A stretch of 64,000 nt of DNA from Tricharina praecox (Eukaryota), in the NCBI RefSeq assembly GCF_024521635.1, contig NW_026250404.1:2418001-2482000 (forward strand). The letters are read 5' to 3'. The position numbers and the translations under genes are program-made. Position 1 is the stretch's first letter. Each line of letters starts with the position of its first letter. A model generated the notes under the pieces. The model was not told where the DNA came from, searched no databases, and saw only the letters and a list, made by a program, of their open reading frames with translations. Positions 24,101-37,520 of this stretch are shown here, one piece after another.

Positions 24101-26389
24101 ATTGTGTACGCAGAACGACAAGGTCATGATTTGTCACTCGATCGATGGGTTTTTCTCGAGAACGAGCTTCAATCCTAGAGAAGACAACCAGACACTATTA
24201 GAGTTCAACGGGTACCCCTTGACCAGTGAAGAAGAAGTCGAGCATGAGTTCCGAACGCTCAAGCTTCCAGAATTTGGATACTTCCAAGTCGGCGATGACA
24301 AGTGGGGTTTTGTGACGCGGAAAGTTCCCGATCGCAGGGTCCCCAAGCGGTGCCTTGAGATCGAGCCGAAGAAGGTTTCGGGACACCTCATGTGCGACAC
24401 CATCATCAGCAGATACCTCTCGTACGAGTTCCCACCCTCATACATCGGGGTTTCCCACTGGAGGGGTCATCTGGATCGCTTTCTGTACGCGACCACCGAC
24501 TACCCACGATATCCCTACGATGGAACCCGAATCAAGCCTCTATCTGAGACCCGGAGAAAGCCTCTATCGACTGGGATCGAAACGCCGATGACGGTCCCCG
24601 AAGAAAACTGGACCGCAGATGATATAAATGTTAGCGGCGACGAGACTTTCGGGAACAGCAGCGGCAACGAATCTTTCGGGAACGCCAGCGACGACGAGTC
24701 TTTTGGGAACGCCAGCGTCGAGAGCGCCAGTGACAACTCATCCTGGAGTGAAACCACGCCGGACGACACGGCTAAGCCACGCTACTTCCGGGGCAACGCC
24801 ACGGCGGTCATAGAACCCAAAAGTGTCTCAAGCTTCAACTGGAACCACGTGCGTGGCACCCACCCTGATGTCGCGGACAGAACAGCCATGGGATATATCC
24901 TTGAGCGATACCGCCAGCGGGCGAACCGCCGGCAGGACGCCGTGGTGCCCAAGCGGCGCAAGCTCAACGCCTTCTGGGAGCCCAGGGAGCACGACGACGC
25001 CTCGTCATCGGAGAACTCAGTCGACTACCAGCTCGAAATCTACATGCCGTCCGGAGTGCGGCCCCGGAGGCGACTCCGTCGCGATCCGGACTTTGACGGG
25101 CCCAAGAATGAGGCGCCGTTCATGTACGATCTGACGTCGTCGGACGACGACGAATCGAACTTGCTCGATCCTAGTGGCCAGACGAGAAAGAGACGCAGAG
25201 CAGATAGGGCCACGAAGTGGTCGACGAGCCGCGCTTACGAAAGAAACGTTGGTGTCCTGGACACGGTTTTGAGGGCGGGGTGGAAGCCCGAGAAACCGTT
25301 TATAGTGGACGATCCGCGGCCGGGGGATCCTGGTGGGCAACGCGGAAAAGGGCCTAAGAAGCCACAGAGGCCGCAAAAAGGTATACGGAAGACTGGTGAA
25401 AGAGCTGTGTGTATAGGGGAGAAGCCGACAAAACCGACGATCAAGACGGGACGTCGAAGAGCTGATGCATCAGATGGGGAAGATGGGGAAGATGGGGAAG
25501 ATGGGGAAGATGTGGATGTGACGGAGGAAGCGGAGGCGGCGGCGAAGAAGAAAGAGGAGGAGGAGAAGAAGAAGGCTGAGGAAGCGGCAAAGAAGAAGGC
25601 TGAGGAAGCGGCAAAGAAGAAGGCTGAGGAAGCGGCGAAGAAGAAGGCTGGGGAAGCGGCGAAGAAGAAAGAGGAGAAGGAAAAGAAGGAGGCGGCAGCG
25701 GCGGCGGCGACAGTAGCGAAAACCGCGGCGGAGACGGCGGCAAACGCGTCCACGGAGGCGGAAGCAGCGGCGAAAGCGGCGGGGGCAGCCGCGACGAAAA
25801 AGAAGGATAAGACCGCGAAAGCAGCGGCGTTGGCAGCGGCGAACAAGGCGAGAGCCGAAGCGACGGCAGCGAAGAAAGCGGCAACGGCCGCTGCCAAAGC
25901 CGCGGCAGATGCGGCGAGAGCGGCGGAGGCAGGAAATGTCGAGGCGGCGGAGGCAGCGGCAGAATTTGCAGAGAATCAGGCGGAAATTGCCACGCAGGCG
26001 GCTACCAATGCACAAGAAATCGCCGAGACAGCGCAGAAGCCGGAAGTGAAGCCAAAGGGGACAAAAGAAACTCCGGAGGCGCGGAAGCAGAGACTAGCAG
26101 ACGAGAAGAGTGAACAGGAGAGACAGAGGCTGGCCGCTAATGGTGAGGAAGTCGACCTCCACAACCAATCCACTTGGAAAGAGCATAAAAACAGCACATT
26201 CAAGTTTTGCCCAGTTTGTGGAAAAAACTTGCTCTCGCAGAGTTATCAGGTATGTATTCAGTTACCAATGGTTGATGGTTTGATACGTGTAGGGTGACTA
26301 ATTTATTTTAGAATGCGGTAAGAAATCACGGACGAAATTCCAAGTGTGGCGTGACAGATTGGACACGTCTCCTGGACGTCAAGCCGTGA
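21134..26389 (+). CDS. Large orphan protein (about 1665 aa) with Ulp1/C48-like peptidase core, KAEEAAKK/Ala-rich stalk and C-terminal C2HC zinc finger; 5 exons
   Basis: Introns 21403-21462, 21537-21611, 23974-24034 and 26250-26311 (all GT-AG) join ORFs 21131, 21650 and 24078 in frame (exon sum 4998 nt); NNHWWLMIYD...PQEDDYSCGILAI motif; FCPVC-x15-H-x5-C at the C-terminus. Start codon uncertain. Confidence 0.75.
25474..25680 (+). repeat. Coding tandem repeats: (GATGGGGAA)x4 and a 24-bp KKKAEEAA unit x4
   Basis: DGEDGEDGEDGED followed by aagaagaaggctgaggaagcggc(a/g) units. Confidence 0.9.
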
Positions 26390-26875
26390 TAGGTGCCGAA
26401 GGGTCCCGCGACAGTAAGGAGGCAATTTTAAGGGAAGAATGGGAATGGGGAACGGTTGGCAAGGAGCAATTGGATGCTGAGTTATGACTGGATGGTTATG
26501 TTTTTTTAATCATGTCCGAATGTGTTGTGCGATATCAGTGTATGTTCTTAAAGCTGTGGTAATAGAGCTGGGCCCGGTCTGCTTGTGGGGAATCCCAAAA
26601 ATGGTGATGAGCTTCTCACGAACCCTTGAATAGGAAGTACTCCCGTATGTGCGTGGAAAAGGTTTCACACATCACCTCCCTCAAAAGAGAACATCTCGAA
26701 TCAAGGAGAAGGAAGCACCAAAAAACTTAGTGAATGGATTGTTTTCTCGGCTTCATATAAGGGAGTCAGAGGTCTGTTGCCGGAAGACACGAGCTTCTAT
26801 ACGAGCGACAGGCCATTTACTTTAATAACTACTAAAGTAAATACTCTGATATCCACCATAGCCTATGTATTAAAT

Positions 26876-29429
26876 TCACGAAACCACCACATTCGCCGTA
26901 GCCAACAAATCTCTGGAACTTGCGCCTACAGAAATCTCATATGCCCCCTTCAACGCGAGCCACCCCTTCGCAGTCTCGTCCCAATAACTCAGGTCCCTCC
27001 TCGTCACCTTGAACGATACCTGTTTCGTTTCTCTCGGTTGCAGAGCAACTTTTTCGAATCCCCGAAGCTGCCGCACAGGTGTACCGGCCGGCGCAGCAGA
27101 CGGCAGTGATAGATACAGCTGCACAACTTCTTTCCCCGCGACATCCCCGCTATTCGTGACCTGCGTCGTGACCGTGAAGACGGTATCCACGAACCCGGTC
27201 GCGGCCAAAGATTTGGGCGTGCTGATACCCAGTGTCCCGCCATATGTGAAGTTGGTGTACGACAGGCCGAACCCGAACTCGAACCGGGGTGCAATCCTCT
27301 TAGCGTCGAACCATTTGTAGTCGATCAGGAGGGCTTCGTCAAACTTCTGCTCGGGAAAGAACCCAGTCCATTCGTACTGCACTCGGCAGCAGTAATCCGC
27401 TTCCTGCTTCGCGATCGTATACGGTAGTTTTCCGCTGGGGTTCGTGGCGCCCCACAGGACGTCGACGAGGGAGTTACCGCTCTCCTGCCCCGGTAGGTTT
27501 GCGAGAACGACCGCGGTGACGTTGGGATGCTCGATCCATGGTTCCATGATTATCGCGCCGACGCTGTGGATCACCACGATTGTGTTGGCACACTCGCCGG
27601 CAACGGTCCGCACGAGCGTGTCACCGTCGCGCCACGCTGTGATGTTGTTGCGGTCGCCCTGGTTGCCTTGAACGTTGTTCGTGCCCTCACCGCTGCGCGA
27701 GTTAATGAAGGCCAGACACACGTCCTGGTCCCGGGCCTTCTGGCGGATACCCGCATAATCGTAGTCATCCAAGACACTGTCGACACTTCCGGAGAGCGCG
27801 GACACGTGTTCGGTGATGGCCGAGAGGGGCTAATAAACGTTAGCTAGTGTTCCCGATCACTCCGTCTGGAGTAACCGATTGCGGTGATGATGATTGGCAC
27901 GAACATCAACAACATGATCAATGAGGCCGCTACCGCTGCCCCAACCCACAACCAGAGTGCCCTCCTCACAAATAGTGAACGTGCCGCAGTCCTTTGTGAT
28001 CGGTCCAGCATCATTTCCGAATATTCCCACCCGCTTGATTCCTGCACCTAGTGGCAGAGCGCCCTTGGTGTTCTTGAGCAACACCGTGCCCTCGGCCGCG
28101 ATTCGGCGCGAGATGGCCGCATGCAGAGGCGGATTCGCCGGGACGTGGAAGTTGATCTGACCGATATACGCCCTATCTACCCAAGCGCCAAACTCGGAGT
28201 CGGGATTCCACGACGAGAAGCTGATGTTTCCGAGGCGTCCCTCGTCCTGGCGCATCTTGAACCACGCCGCTAAGGTGCGCACTGCCATCTCGTCCAGCCT
28301 CGTCCCGTTGAAGCCGGTCGATGCGCGCTTCGTCGCCGCTGCTATTCCGGTCAACCCGAGATCCCCGGGCATCACCATGTCCACGCCCGCCGTAGCGGCT
28401 AGGTCCGGCGCCGCGGACGCGAACCAGTCCGTCATGACGAAGCCGCGGAAGCCGAGGCCGCCCGTCGACGAGTTGCCTTTCAGATGCTGCGCGATCATGG
28501 TCGCCGACTCGCAGGCGTACTCGCTGTTGACACGTTGGTAGGAGCACATTACACTCCTGCGTATCTTCATCAGCACCCTATGACATGTACCAACATCGAG
28601 CCATCGGACATAATCACCCAGCACCAGCCTGCACCGCATCGAAGAACGGCCACTCATACAGCTCCCTTAGCGCACGCTGCGACACCTGACTATCCAAGCT
28701 CTTAAATATCGGGCCGTAGGCGATACTATCGATGACCAAGCGATACTTCTCCTGTTCGTTCGCGATCCAATGTTTCGCGCAAGCGACGACGCCCTCATCC
28801 TGCAATCCCCGGACGCTCTCGGCATTCGCAACGCCATTCAGCCATGGATCCGCTCCGAACGACTCCCAGCCGCGGCCCGCGGCAGGGGCCCGACCGATCG
28901 CTCCGCCGACAGGGGCTAGCGCTACGTTCACGCCCTTGAGCCGGTTCTCGACGCCCATGGCCCGCGAGCGCAGGTATAGCAGCTCGCGGTCCCAGGTCGC
29001 GCCCGTGGTAATCCCCGCGGGGAACAGGGTGACCAGGTCCACGCCACGGAGACCGGCGGGCCCGTCTTGGAGGCACAGGTAGCGGAAACTTGAACCCCGT
29101 CAGCGATCAAACACCAACCAATCAAAAATAAACAATAAAACAATTAAAACCCCGGGAAGGGCGGGGAGAGACAAAACGGGGACTCACTTTAGCCGCGGAA
29201 TGTTCGCAACGTTCCCACTGCACGGCCCGAGCGCGATTCCCGTCCCGGTGGTGAGCGAGATCTTTTCGGTAAGCGACAGCTGCGCTACGAACGGCGCGGC
29301 AAGCACATAGGCTTCGTCCCAAGTTCGAGGTGTGATGGCGGTCGAGAACTGGGAGAGAAGATCTGCATGCTGGCCGGCTACGAACGGCGTCGCCAACAGC
29401 ACAACCATCGCATATCCTGGGAAGCGCAT
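26876..29429 (-). CDS. Secreted GH3 beta-glucosidase, 4 exons
   Basis: Signal peptide; LCLQDGPAGLR, GRGWESFGADP, CAKHWIANEQE, VMCSY, GFVMTDW nucleophile motif, PGQESGN, NPSGKLPYT, FEFGFGLSYT and Fn3-like LRGFEKV. Confidence 0.95.
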
Positions 29430-32133
29430 GTTGCCGGTGATAAAAAGATCGGACGGTACGAAAGCGCACGATTAAGTAACTGACTCTTCGCTCTCGCCAG
29501 GACTCCTGGGCTTTATACATCTTTCGACGATCGCGGGCACCGGAGACGGAGATGAAGACGAAGGTGATTTCCTGCCGCCGCCCCTTTCCCCCTTTACTGT
29601 GGCCCGGTGATCTATCCTATTGTAGCGGCCGTGTACTCTATGTAGGTACCAGGTAGCCACCGGGTACTAGGTACCACCTGATAGGTAGCATCCGCAGCCA
29701 CCCTCAACTCTTTACTTTTATAAGCAAGCTGAACTCAGGCTCTATACGGCAACACAGTTGAGCAGCCACATTTAGCCATGATCAATCAATCAATCAATGC
29801 CACAGTGCCCCACCAAATCGCGAGAGGCAGGAGAACAGGAGTTGCAATGCATCGGCAATCGCATTGGGTCGTCGACCCGTGGCGCTCCATGGCAGCTGCC
29901 CCCTGTGGCCATGAAAGTCCTGTACTACGCAGGCGTGACTGGCAATCGAGCCCGAACTCGGTCCAGAATCTAGGTAATTGGAGCGTCTGTTTGCGCGCGT
30001 GCGCCCCGCACAGAGGACGCTATGTACCAGTACGGATGAAGGGTCCGCCGCCAGGTGGGTTTTCCGATTCCAGCGAGTGCCTGTGTCTGCCTCGGCCCTC
30101 GGTCGTGCACGGTGGGCATATGGTACCTAGTAGAGACGGAAGTTGGCGAGATTCTATGGTGGAGAGAGTGGAGAGTGATGGCGTGTGATGGGGTATGAAG
30201 GACGGCGAGGTGGCTTGATATTTGAGCAATGCCGGATGTTCCTTCTACCTAGGTGGGTATAAGTTATTCCGTAAGGATCGAGGGAAAGTGGGTATGTGGG
30301 CATCTAGTGGCCGACACCCACAGTATGGCTTCCGAAGGGTCGGGAGTGGGCACCCAAGGATTGGTACCTATCCGGCCGTGGATATCTCACCCACACGCCG
30401 CTAATGGCTACGAGGGTGTTTTGATTATGTAGGAAGTATTTACTCTTACTGTAAACTGTGGGGGTAGGCGGATGACCTCGATATATTGCGTACTCGTACC
30501 AGACTTGTACTTGTACCAGAGTTGTATTCGTACCAGACTCCGTACTCTACCTATGTCCATGATGGATTGCATACCAAAGGGTTTTTATCCAACTTTGTGT
30601 CGTGTAAGTACATTAAGGACCTGTATAGATCTGATGCTGAGCCCGACATAATTGCTATTTCCGTATTGAATCCACCATTCATTCTTTCCTCCTATGTATG
30701 ATTCATACCTTTCGTTTTCAACATGAAGATTGTTCCGTCAGGTCGCCACCGAGGATCAAGTGTTGTCGTACATACTCAAGGGCTACCTATGGTATCTATG
30801 GTACCTATGCATACTTGCTCGATGATGGCGGCACCTTCCGTCCAGACATTTTGCCACTGGGCTGTGCTGTGCTGTTCTGTGTTGTGCTGTCGAATGCAAG
30901 AATCCCCCACGCTCAGCGCTGTCTGTGTCGGTGGTCTTCCCGCTATATGTGACCAATCCAAAACTCCACAACTCCACAACTCGATAACTCCCAAAAATCA
31001 GGTGCGCCAAGTGCCAAGCACAATTGCTTTTTCTTCGCATCGACTAGAGTGTGAACTGTGCGATGTCTAGACTCCATAGTAGGAGTATCCATAGTACTCG
31101 TATTCTGTCTGGACTCCAGAGTACCTATATGTACTCCGACGAGACGAGTGCGAAACGGCCCCCCTCAGCCCTGGAGGATCGACTGGGGGCTAACCAAAGC
31201 ATGGGTAACTACCCAAGACTCTACTCTACTCCACTCCAGCGTAGAGTGGGTACTTTGGAGTAACTTCCGGTACAGTAACAGCGAACCATAAAACGACGTA
31301 CATACCAAGCTGAGCGTTTGGCCGCTCACCGTGCATCGGCATCGACAGCCAATCACCAATCCGCCTCAACCGAGTTTTTGAAGATTCGCAGGCTCGGAGA
31401 ACCGCCCGAGCATGACTTTGATCGTGAGTGGCTGCGAGCCATCACGGTGTCACTACCGACTCTATGCGTATTGGCAACGGCAGTTGCTGGTTGGCCGGCA
31501 CGTGCTCCGTAGGGCTGAAGCTGCAATCGACCTGGGCCCACACCGCTCCGCACTGCGCCGGCTGTGGAGAGATATAGATGGATCGAGTATGCAAGGAGTA
31601 AGCGACCTGACTTGGGTGCCTACCTGGTGTGCTATCGGCACGGGGAGGAGGAGGAGGCCTAGTCGTGTGGCCAGTGCCCACGACGTCTACATACAGCGGG
31701 GTAGATACCTAGAGTCGGTACCAACCTCTCTACAACATCGACAGCGGGGTACCGAGAGTACGGTACTTATCTCTACATCAACTTCCTCGCCCCTTCCATA
31801 CGGTATCTCCCGCTGTGGCTTGCGCCCCCAGTCATGCAGTGCCCCGCTCTGAATAAGAACCATTGCTGATTCAGAACTGTTCCCTTCAGCTCAGGCGCAA
31901 ACTAGTGCCACATCATGAATCCCATTGGCCGCTTCGAGGCAGCCTCTGATCAGTGCTCGAGAGAGTCACAGCGCCCCCCCTCAAAACCCCCCTCGATCGC
32001 TTTCAGTTGGTCCCGGCCCTTAACCGTACCTTGCGTCCTCCGCGATTCAACTGAATATCAGCCAAAAGCCCCCTCTCGAACCTTCGGCTGACCTCGACTC
32101 TACATTGTACAATACTAGATACCACCCGGTACC

Positions 32134-34207
32134 ATGGAGCGACACGGTCCACATTCTCGCTCGGACAACTCGAACTACATCCCCTTGGAGAACATGGATT
32201 CGCCGCCTCAGACCGGACGACGGTTCTCACAGTCCGAGCATTCTCCATCGCGATCGCTGTCGTCATCGCCAACCTTTCCGCTCGGACCGAGTATGGAAGA
32301 AATGCTACCACCGGAACCCGATCGGAGCGCATCACCGGATCTGACGAAAGAAGCGCTGGAGTACCGCGGCCGACCGCGCGGGCCATCATCGCGGCACTCG
32401 GACGCCCCGTCATCCATGTCCCGGACGCACATGCATCGCTACACGTGGTGGTTCGAGTTCGTGTGTTTGATGTCGTCGGCTACTGCTATCGCCATCACCA
32501 CGGGATTACTGATTCACTTTGATGGCAGAGAGATCCCGGCCTGGGCAACGGCTGGTTCCGGTCTTTCCCTCAATTCAATCTTGTCCGTCTTCTCGACCAT
32601 GTCGAGGGCTAGCCTTCTGGTTCCTATCGATCAGTCCATCGGCCAGTTGTATTGGCTCGCAGTATCGAAGCAGGGCAGGCAGCTGTCGGAAGTCGAATTG
32701 TATAACGAGGCTGCCAGAGGACCATATGGCGCGATGAGGTTACTCTGGATGAAGAGGGGAACGTGAGTGGCAACCCGTGGAAGCCCCCTTCCCCCCGGCC
32801 GTATTTACTACTGATCGATGGATTCTGACTCTTCCCTAGAGGCCTTGTATCGATGGGATGTGTCTTGACTATTATGGTCGTAATACTAGGTTTTGCGCGT
32901 AGGACTTGCCTTTCAGTCCCTCAACCGCTCCCACCGCCGCCCCCGCGATGTGAGCTTGACGCTGACCTGACGCTGACCTGACCTGACGCGTCGCAGAACA
33001 ACAACTGATCTCGTACCCAACCCGAACCTTTACCACCAGAGATCCCCGCAACCTCACCTTGGTTGGTCGTTCTTTAGAAACATACGACACCTTCCAGGAA
33101 ATCACCACCATGCAGGGCGTCTCGGTACCATCGGTCGAGTTTGCCGTGACTTCCTCCGTCTTTTCTTCCCTAGTTCACTATGTAGTTCACGACCCGCTTT
33201 ACCGCTGCGACTCCGGCAACTGCGAATATCCCGCCTTTGCGACGCTGGGCATATGCTCCCACTGCGACTATGCCCAAAACGAGATCGTCTCCGCCTGCGA
33301 TGGCGATCGGGACCACTGCTGGGCCACCTATCGCGACCTGGTCGGACACGCATGGAAACACACGGACGAGAACGCGTACTCGACCATCATCAACCAGACC
33401 ACCAACACCGATTCCGCACCCATCGTGGAGACCTTCACCCTCAACGTCAGCATAGCCACATGGCCGCCGACATACAACGCCTGGGCCTGCGAGATCTACT
33501 GGTGCATTCGATCCGTCAACGCTACTGTCATTGATTCCACCTACCGGGAGCGTGAACTGGGAGAATACAACAGATCCACGGTCCAGCCCGACGGCAGTGC
33601 CCTGTTCCAGTACACCGATCTCGAAAACCAGGCCAAGAACTTCACCGTCACACGGAACGCCCAGCTAGCCTTCAAGAACCTCGGCTTGACGCTGCGGGGG
33701 TGGTCCCAAAAGTCGCGGAGGGGCCAATGGGTGCACTCGTCGCCGCTGTTTGGCGGAATAGCCGCCTTCGCCACAGCGGACATGACCGTGGGCGGCGAAC
33801 ACATGCACCGTCACAAAAAGAATCCGATCGCTGTCATGGCCGACGGCATGTCCAATGCGATCCGCACATCCCTTTCGGCTAGGGGCAAGAAGGTCGAGCG
33901 TCGCACTATAATCGTCGTGCGTTGGTGGTGGATGGTGTATCCTGCGGCGATTTGGATTTTCAGCGCCGTCTTCGCGTGGGGCGTCGTTTGTACTACGAAG
34001 TTGCACGATGAGTTTGTCGGTGCTTGGGGGTGCTCGAGCATCGCGTTGCTGCTGTGGGGCGTCGATGACGATGTCAAGGAGCGTGTGGGTGATTGGAGCG
34101 CTGAGGGGATGGCCAAGAAGGCGGATAATATTATTGTCAAGCTGATGAGGGATGGGGATGGATGGAAGTTGAAGGAGGTGAAAGGGAGTGAAGGCTTCGG
34201 TCCATGA
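32134..34207 (+). CDS. DUF3176-like fungal membrane protein, 3 exons, about 632 aa
   Basis: WWFEF..., SLNSILSVFST, QSIGQLYW, AARGPYGA, FAQQQLISY, CDSGNCEYP..TLGICSHC, VRWWW, SSIALL; introns 32763-32839 and 32899-32996; exon sum 1899 nt. Confidence 0.85.
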
Positions 34208-35187
34208 GTGATCCGGGGGAGGGGGCAGGGAGGATGGATGGCGATAGCGACGATGAGATGTGGGATCGGATACGGGGTGCGGGAGTTCAACTCGGCGTAT
34301 GCACATTACAATATCAGTTTGCAATTTTGGTTATGATCACATGTTGAAGAAATTCCGGGTGAGTTGAGCGGTTGATCATGAGCCTCCCTTCGTCGCCGCG
34401 CCGGTCGGAATTGAGAATGGTACTAACTACGGCCACACCGCCATCCGACGGCCGGACAAAACAGACTCAATTTCGAAGGCTTGAGGACCCCTAATATCGC
34501 CGGCTGAAGACAAAGACCTCGTACACCCCACAGTCATCTGCTTGAATTCGCTTCAATGACCTCCGAACGCGGTATTGCGTACGGAAGCGACCCCATATTC
34601 CCGCTTAATCCTGCTGCTGCCAGGGCAGCTGTTATACAACAGGAAGAGGGCTGAGCTCACTTTCATCCTCCTACAGGCAATCAAAAAAACTTCCTACAAC
34701 TAAATTGAGTCGCAATTTAGCCAGAGTCGAGCTTCGTCAGTTGTGCGGGGAACGCCTGTATTCCCCAGGGACTGATTAATATCCGAAAGATTTTCGTCAC
34801 CATCGGTATGTACATATCGTCTTCAGGCTGATTTGTCCCCCATCCTTTATACCCCACAATTTTAAACGGCAAGGTACACGCTGCATACAGGTACCATCGC
34901 CGCCTAAATGCAGTTAGGCGAACTGATGTTCTTTGCATCATACAAACAACGTGTCGGACATTTTCTGGGCAGATACTTCTGTACTCACCCAGCATCACGG
35001 GCACCTCGGGGGTTTGACACACGCGACGGGGCTAAATCACCCGACACCGGGCGGCCGATATTGCTCGATACCGGGACCCGGCGCGGACGAAAACATCTGG
35101 GGTAAAAGACAAGCATATAAAGCCTCCGCCATGGGACCGTGGGTCTAAGTCAGTACGACAAGATTCTTGACGCCAACATCTGCAGCT

Positions 35188-36347
35188 ATGTTGATCACTC
35201 CCGCTCGTATTCTTTGGCTCTTTGCCTTCCTCGTTTCCGCCGTGTCTTGCGCTTCCTTCACGAACCCGCTCAAGGCAAAGAACGGTAGTGACCCGCATAT
35301 CGTTTACACGTAAGTGTCACCGCTTCGACCTTGAGGAGTGACCATTAGGCTGATTTTGAGAAGCGGCGGCTACTACTACCTCGTCACCACCACCTGGACC
35401 AACATCCAGGTGACGCGTGCCACCACCCTCGGTGGCCTCAAGACCGCAACCCCCACGACGATCTGGACCGACTCTACCGCCAGCCGAAGCGGTAACTTCT
35501 GGGCTCCCGGTTAGTCCTTCGCTCCCGCACATCCCACGTACAATCACTGACATCTCCCAGAGCTCCATTGGATTAATGACCGCTGGTACCTCTACTACTC
35601 GGCAGGCACCACAGCCTGCTGTGACAACCAGCGCTCGCACGTCCTGCAGGGGACAACCGACATCCTGGGCTCGTGGTCATACCTCGGCCGCCTCTCTGCA
35701 GAATGGGGCATCGATTCGACCATCCTCCGGATGTCTGACGCGAACTACTTCGTGTGGTCCCGTTTCTCGCCCAACGGTCTGCAGTCGCTTTACATCGCCA
35801 AGATGACCTCACCCTCGGTGATCGGCACCCCATACCTCCTCAGCGAGCCCACCTTGTCGTGGGAGACCGTCGGCGGCGCGGTAAACGAGGGGCCGGCGGC
35901 CATGTACCACGGCGGAAAGACCTACATCGCCTACTCGGCCAGTTACTGCTGGACCGAGAGCTACCAGCTCGGCCTCCTGACCTGGAACGGCGGCGACCCG
36001 CTCCTGCAGAGCTCCTGGGCCAAGACCGGCCCCGTCTTTAGCAGCTCCAACGGGAATCTCGGCACTGGCCATAACGGGTTCGTCATCCCCTCCCCTCCTC
36101 TCTCCCCCCCCTCCCCCCCCCCTTCGGCAGAGGTCTGACAGCGATGGCGATAACTAGCTTCTTCGTCTCCCCCGACGGCACCGAGATCTGGAACGTCTAC
36201 CATGCCACCACCGTCTCGGGCGGCTCGTGCGATGGCAATCGCTACACGATGGCGCAGAAGGTTAACTGGAACTCGGATGGTACCCCGAACTTTGGCAGTG
36301 CGCCGAGTCTGTCGACTGTGTTGCAGGGGCCGAGTGGTGAGCCGTAG
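35188..36347 (+). CDS. Secreted GH43 glycosidase (alpha-L-arabinofuranosidase-like), 4 exons
   Basis: Signal peptide; NPLKAKNGSDPHI (base Asp), WAPE split by an intron, WGIDST, VNEGP (acid Glu), GTGHNG, WNVYHA. Confidence 0.93.
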
Positions 36348-36971
36348 ATGGGGTACCTACCTAGCTAGCTATTTGCATGTTGATGAGAGGATGAGAAATG
36401 AAGGATGCATTGCTGTCTATGATTTCAGACTATCTTGTGTTACTAGTGATGTATGTTGTGAATATACGATGGGAGAGAGTATACTGAGATAATAGATGAT
36501 GTTAATTGCTTAGAGAATAGAAAGGAGCTCGGTACAAGACGGGGGTATGGTGATAGCTATGGTGATGTCAAACCCGAAATGAGACAGTCTAGGCCAGAAT
36601 AAACAACAATGTGCGGGAGTGCTGGTTCGAGTGATGTCCGTCGTAGAGTGCAACATCAGGGAATGCCTACGTACGACAGAAATAACACAGCCAGCCAGTC
36701 TGCTCGATACACCATCACCTACATGTCCGACGTTTGTGAATTTGTTGCTCCCCAGGGAGTCCCTGGCAGTGACCCCACACTAAGTTGGCTCTGCAACGAG
36801 AGATATCCAAAGCATTCGCATGAATTCCGCAGAGCAACTTGTGTAAGCCAGGAGAAACCTCCCTACCATGACGTATCTACCGTCGTACATTCCCACTTCC
36901 CTCATCCCGAAGCGTTTCGAAACACTCGACAATGTAGCAGTGCTAGTAGCTAGAGTCCGCCGCCGGTGTAG

Positions 36972-37520
36972 TAGCATCCGCCGGTGGCCCGTCTGCAACC
37001 TTTCTGCGACTCGAGTCTCGGCCCCATAACCTCTATATCAACCCTGTTGCTTATTGTCTCTGCTATTTGTTGGAAAGACTCGAGATAAGGATCGCTAGAA
37101 CGATGGAAATAGAGTGACGTGGGATGTTCGTGTCGAGGAGCTACGGGTACAAGGGAGAGGGAGAGAGAGAGAATACCAAACTTGGATCCGCTACTGCACC
37201 GAATGTTCCAAGCACCCACGACCGGCCCTCCGAACAGCTAGTGGACTACTCACAGGAACACACGCGTTCCCACAAACCTCTGTATCAGGTTTGTTGCTCC
37301 TCATTGTCTCTGGTACTGGCACCGAGGATGTATGACGTTTAGTAGGCAAGAGGCGGCGACGGCCACTGTCATGGTAGCAACCGTGACTGCTACCTGCACA
37401 GCTGCAACAAGACTAACTGAGCCAGTGAGCTGTGTGGTTGTGTGGACGCACTGCCGCCTCCCAATGGGGCATACTACCTATGCAGTGCAAAGTGTACACA
37501 TGGCCTGGACATGTAGGGGA
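36972..37520. repeat. Dispersed repeat family B, copy 2, with about 270 bp of extra sequence
   Basis: Aligns by eye to 15057-15360; the extra segment 37034-37302 is absent from copy 1. Confidence 0.85.

Noticed and set aside
25235..26015. Long antisense ORFs (Ala/Phe/Ser-rich)
   Set aside because: Shadows of the repetitive plus-strand coding region
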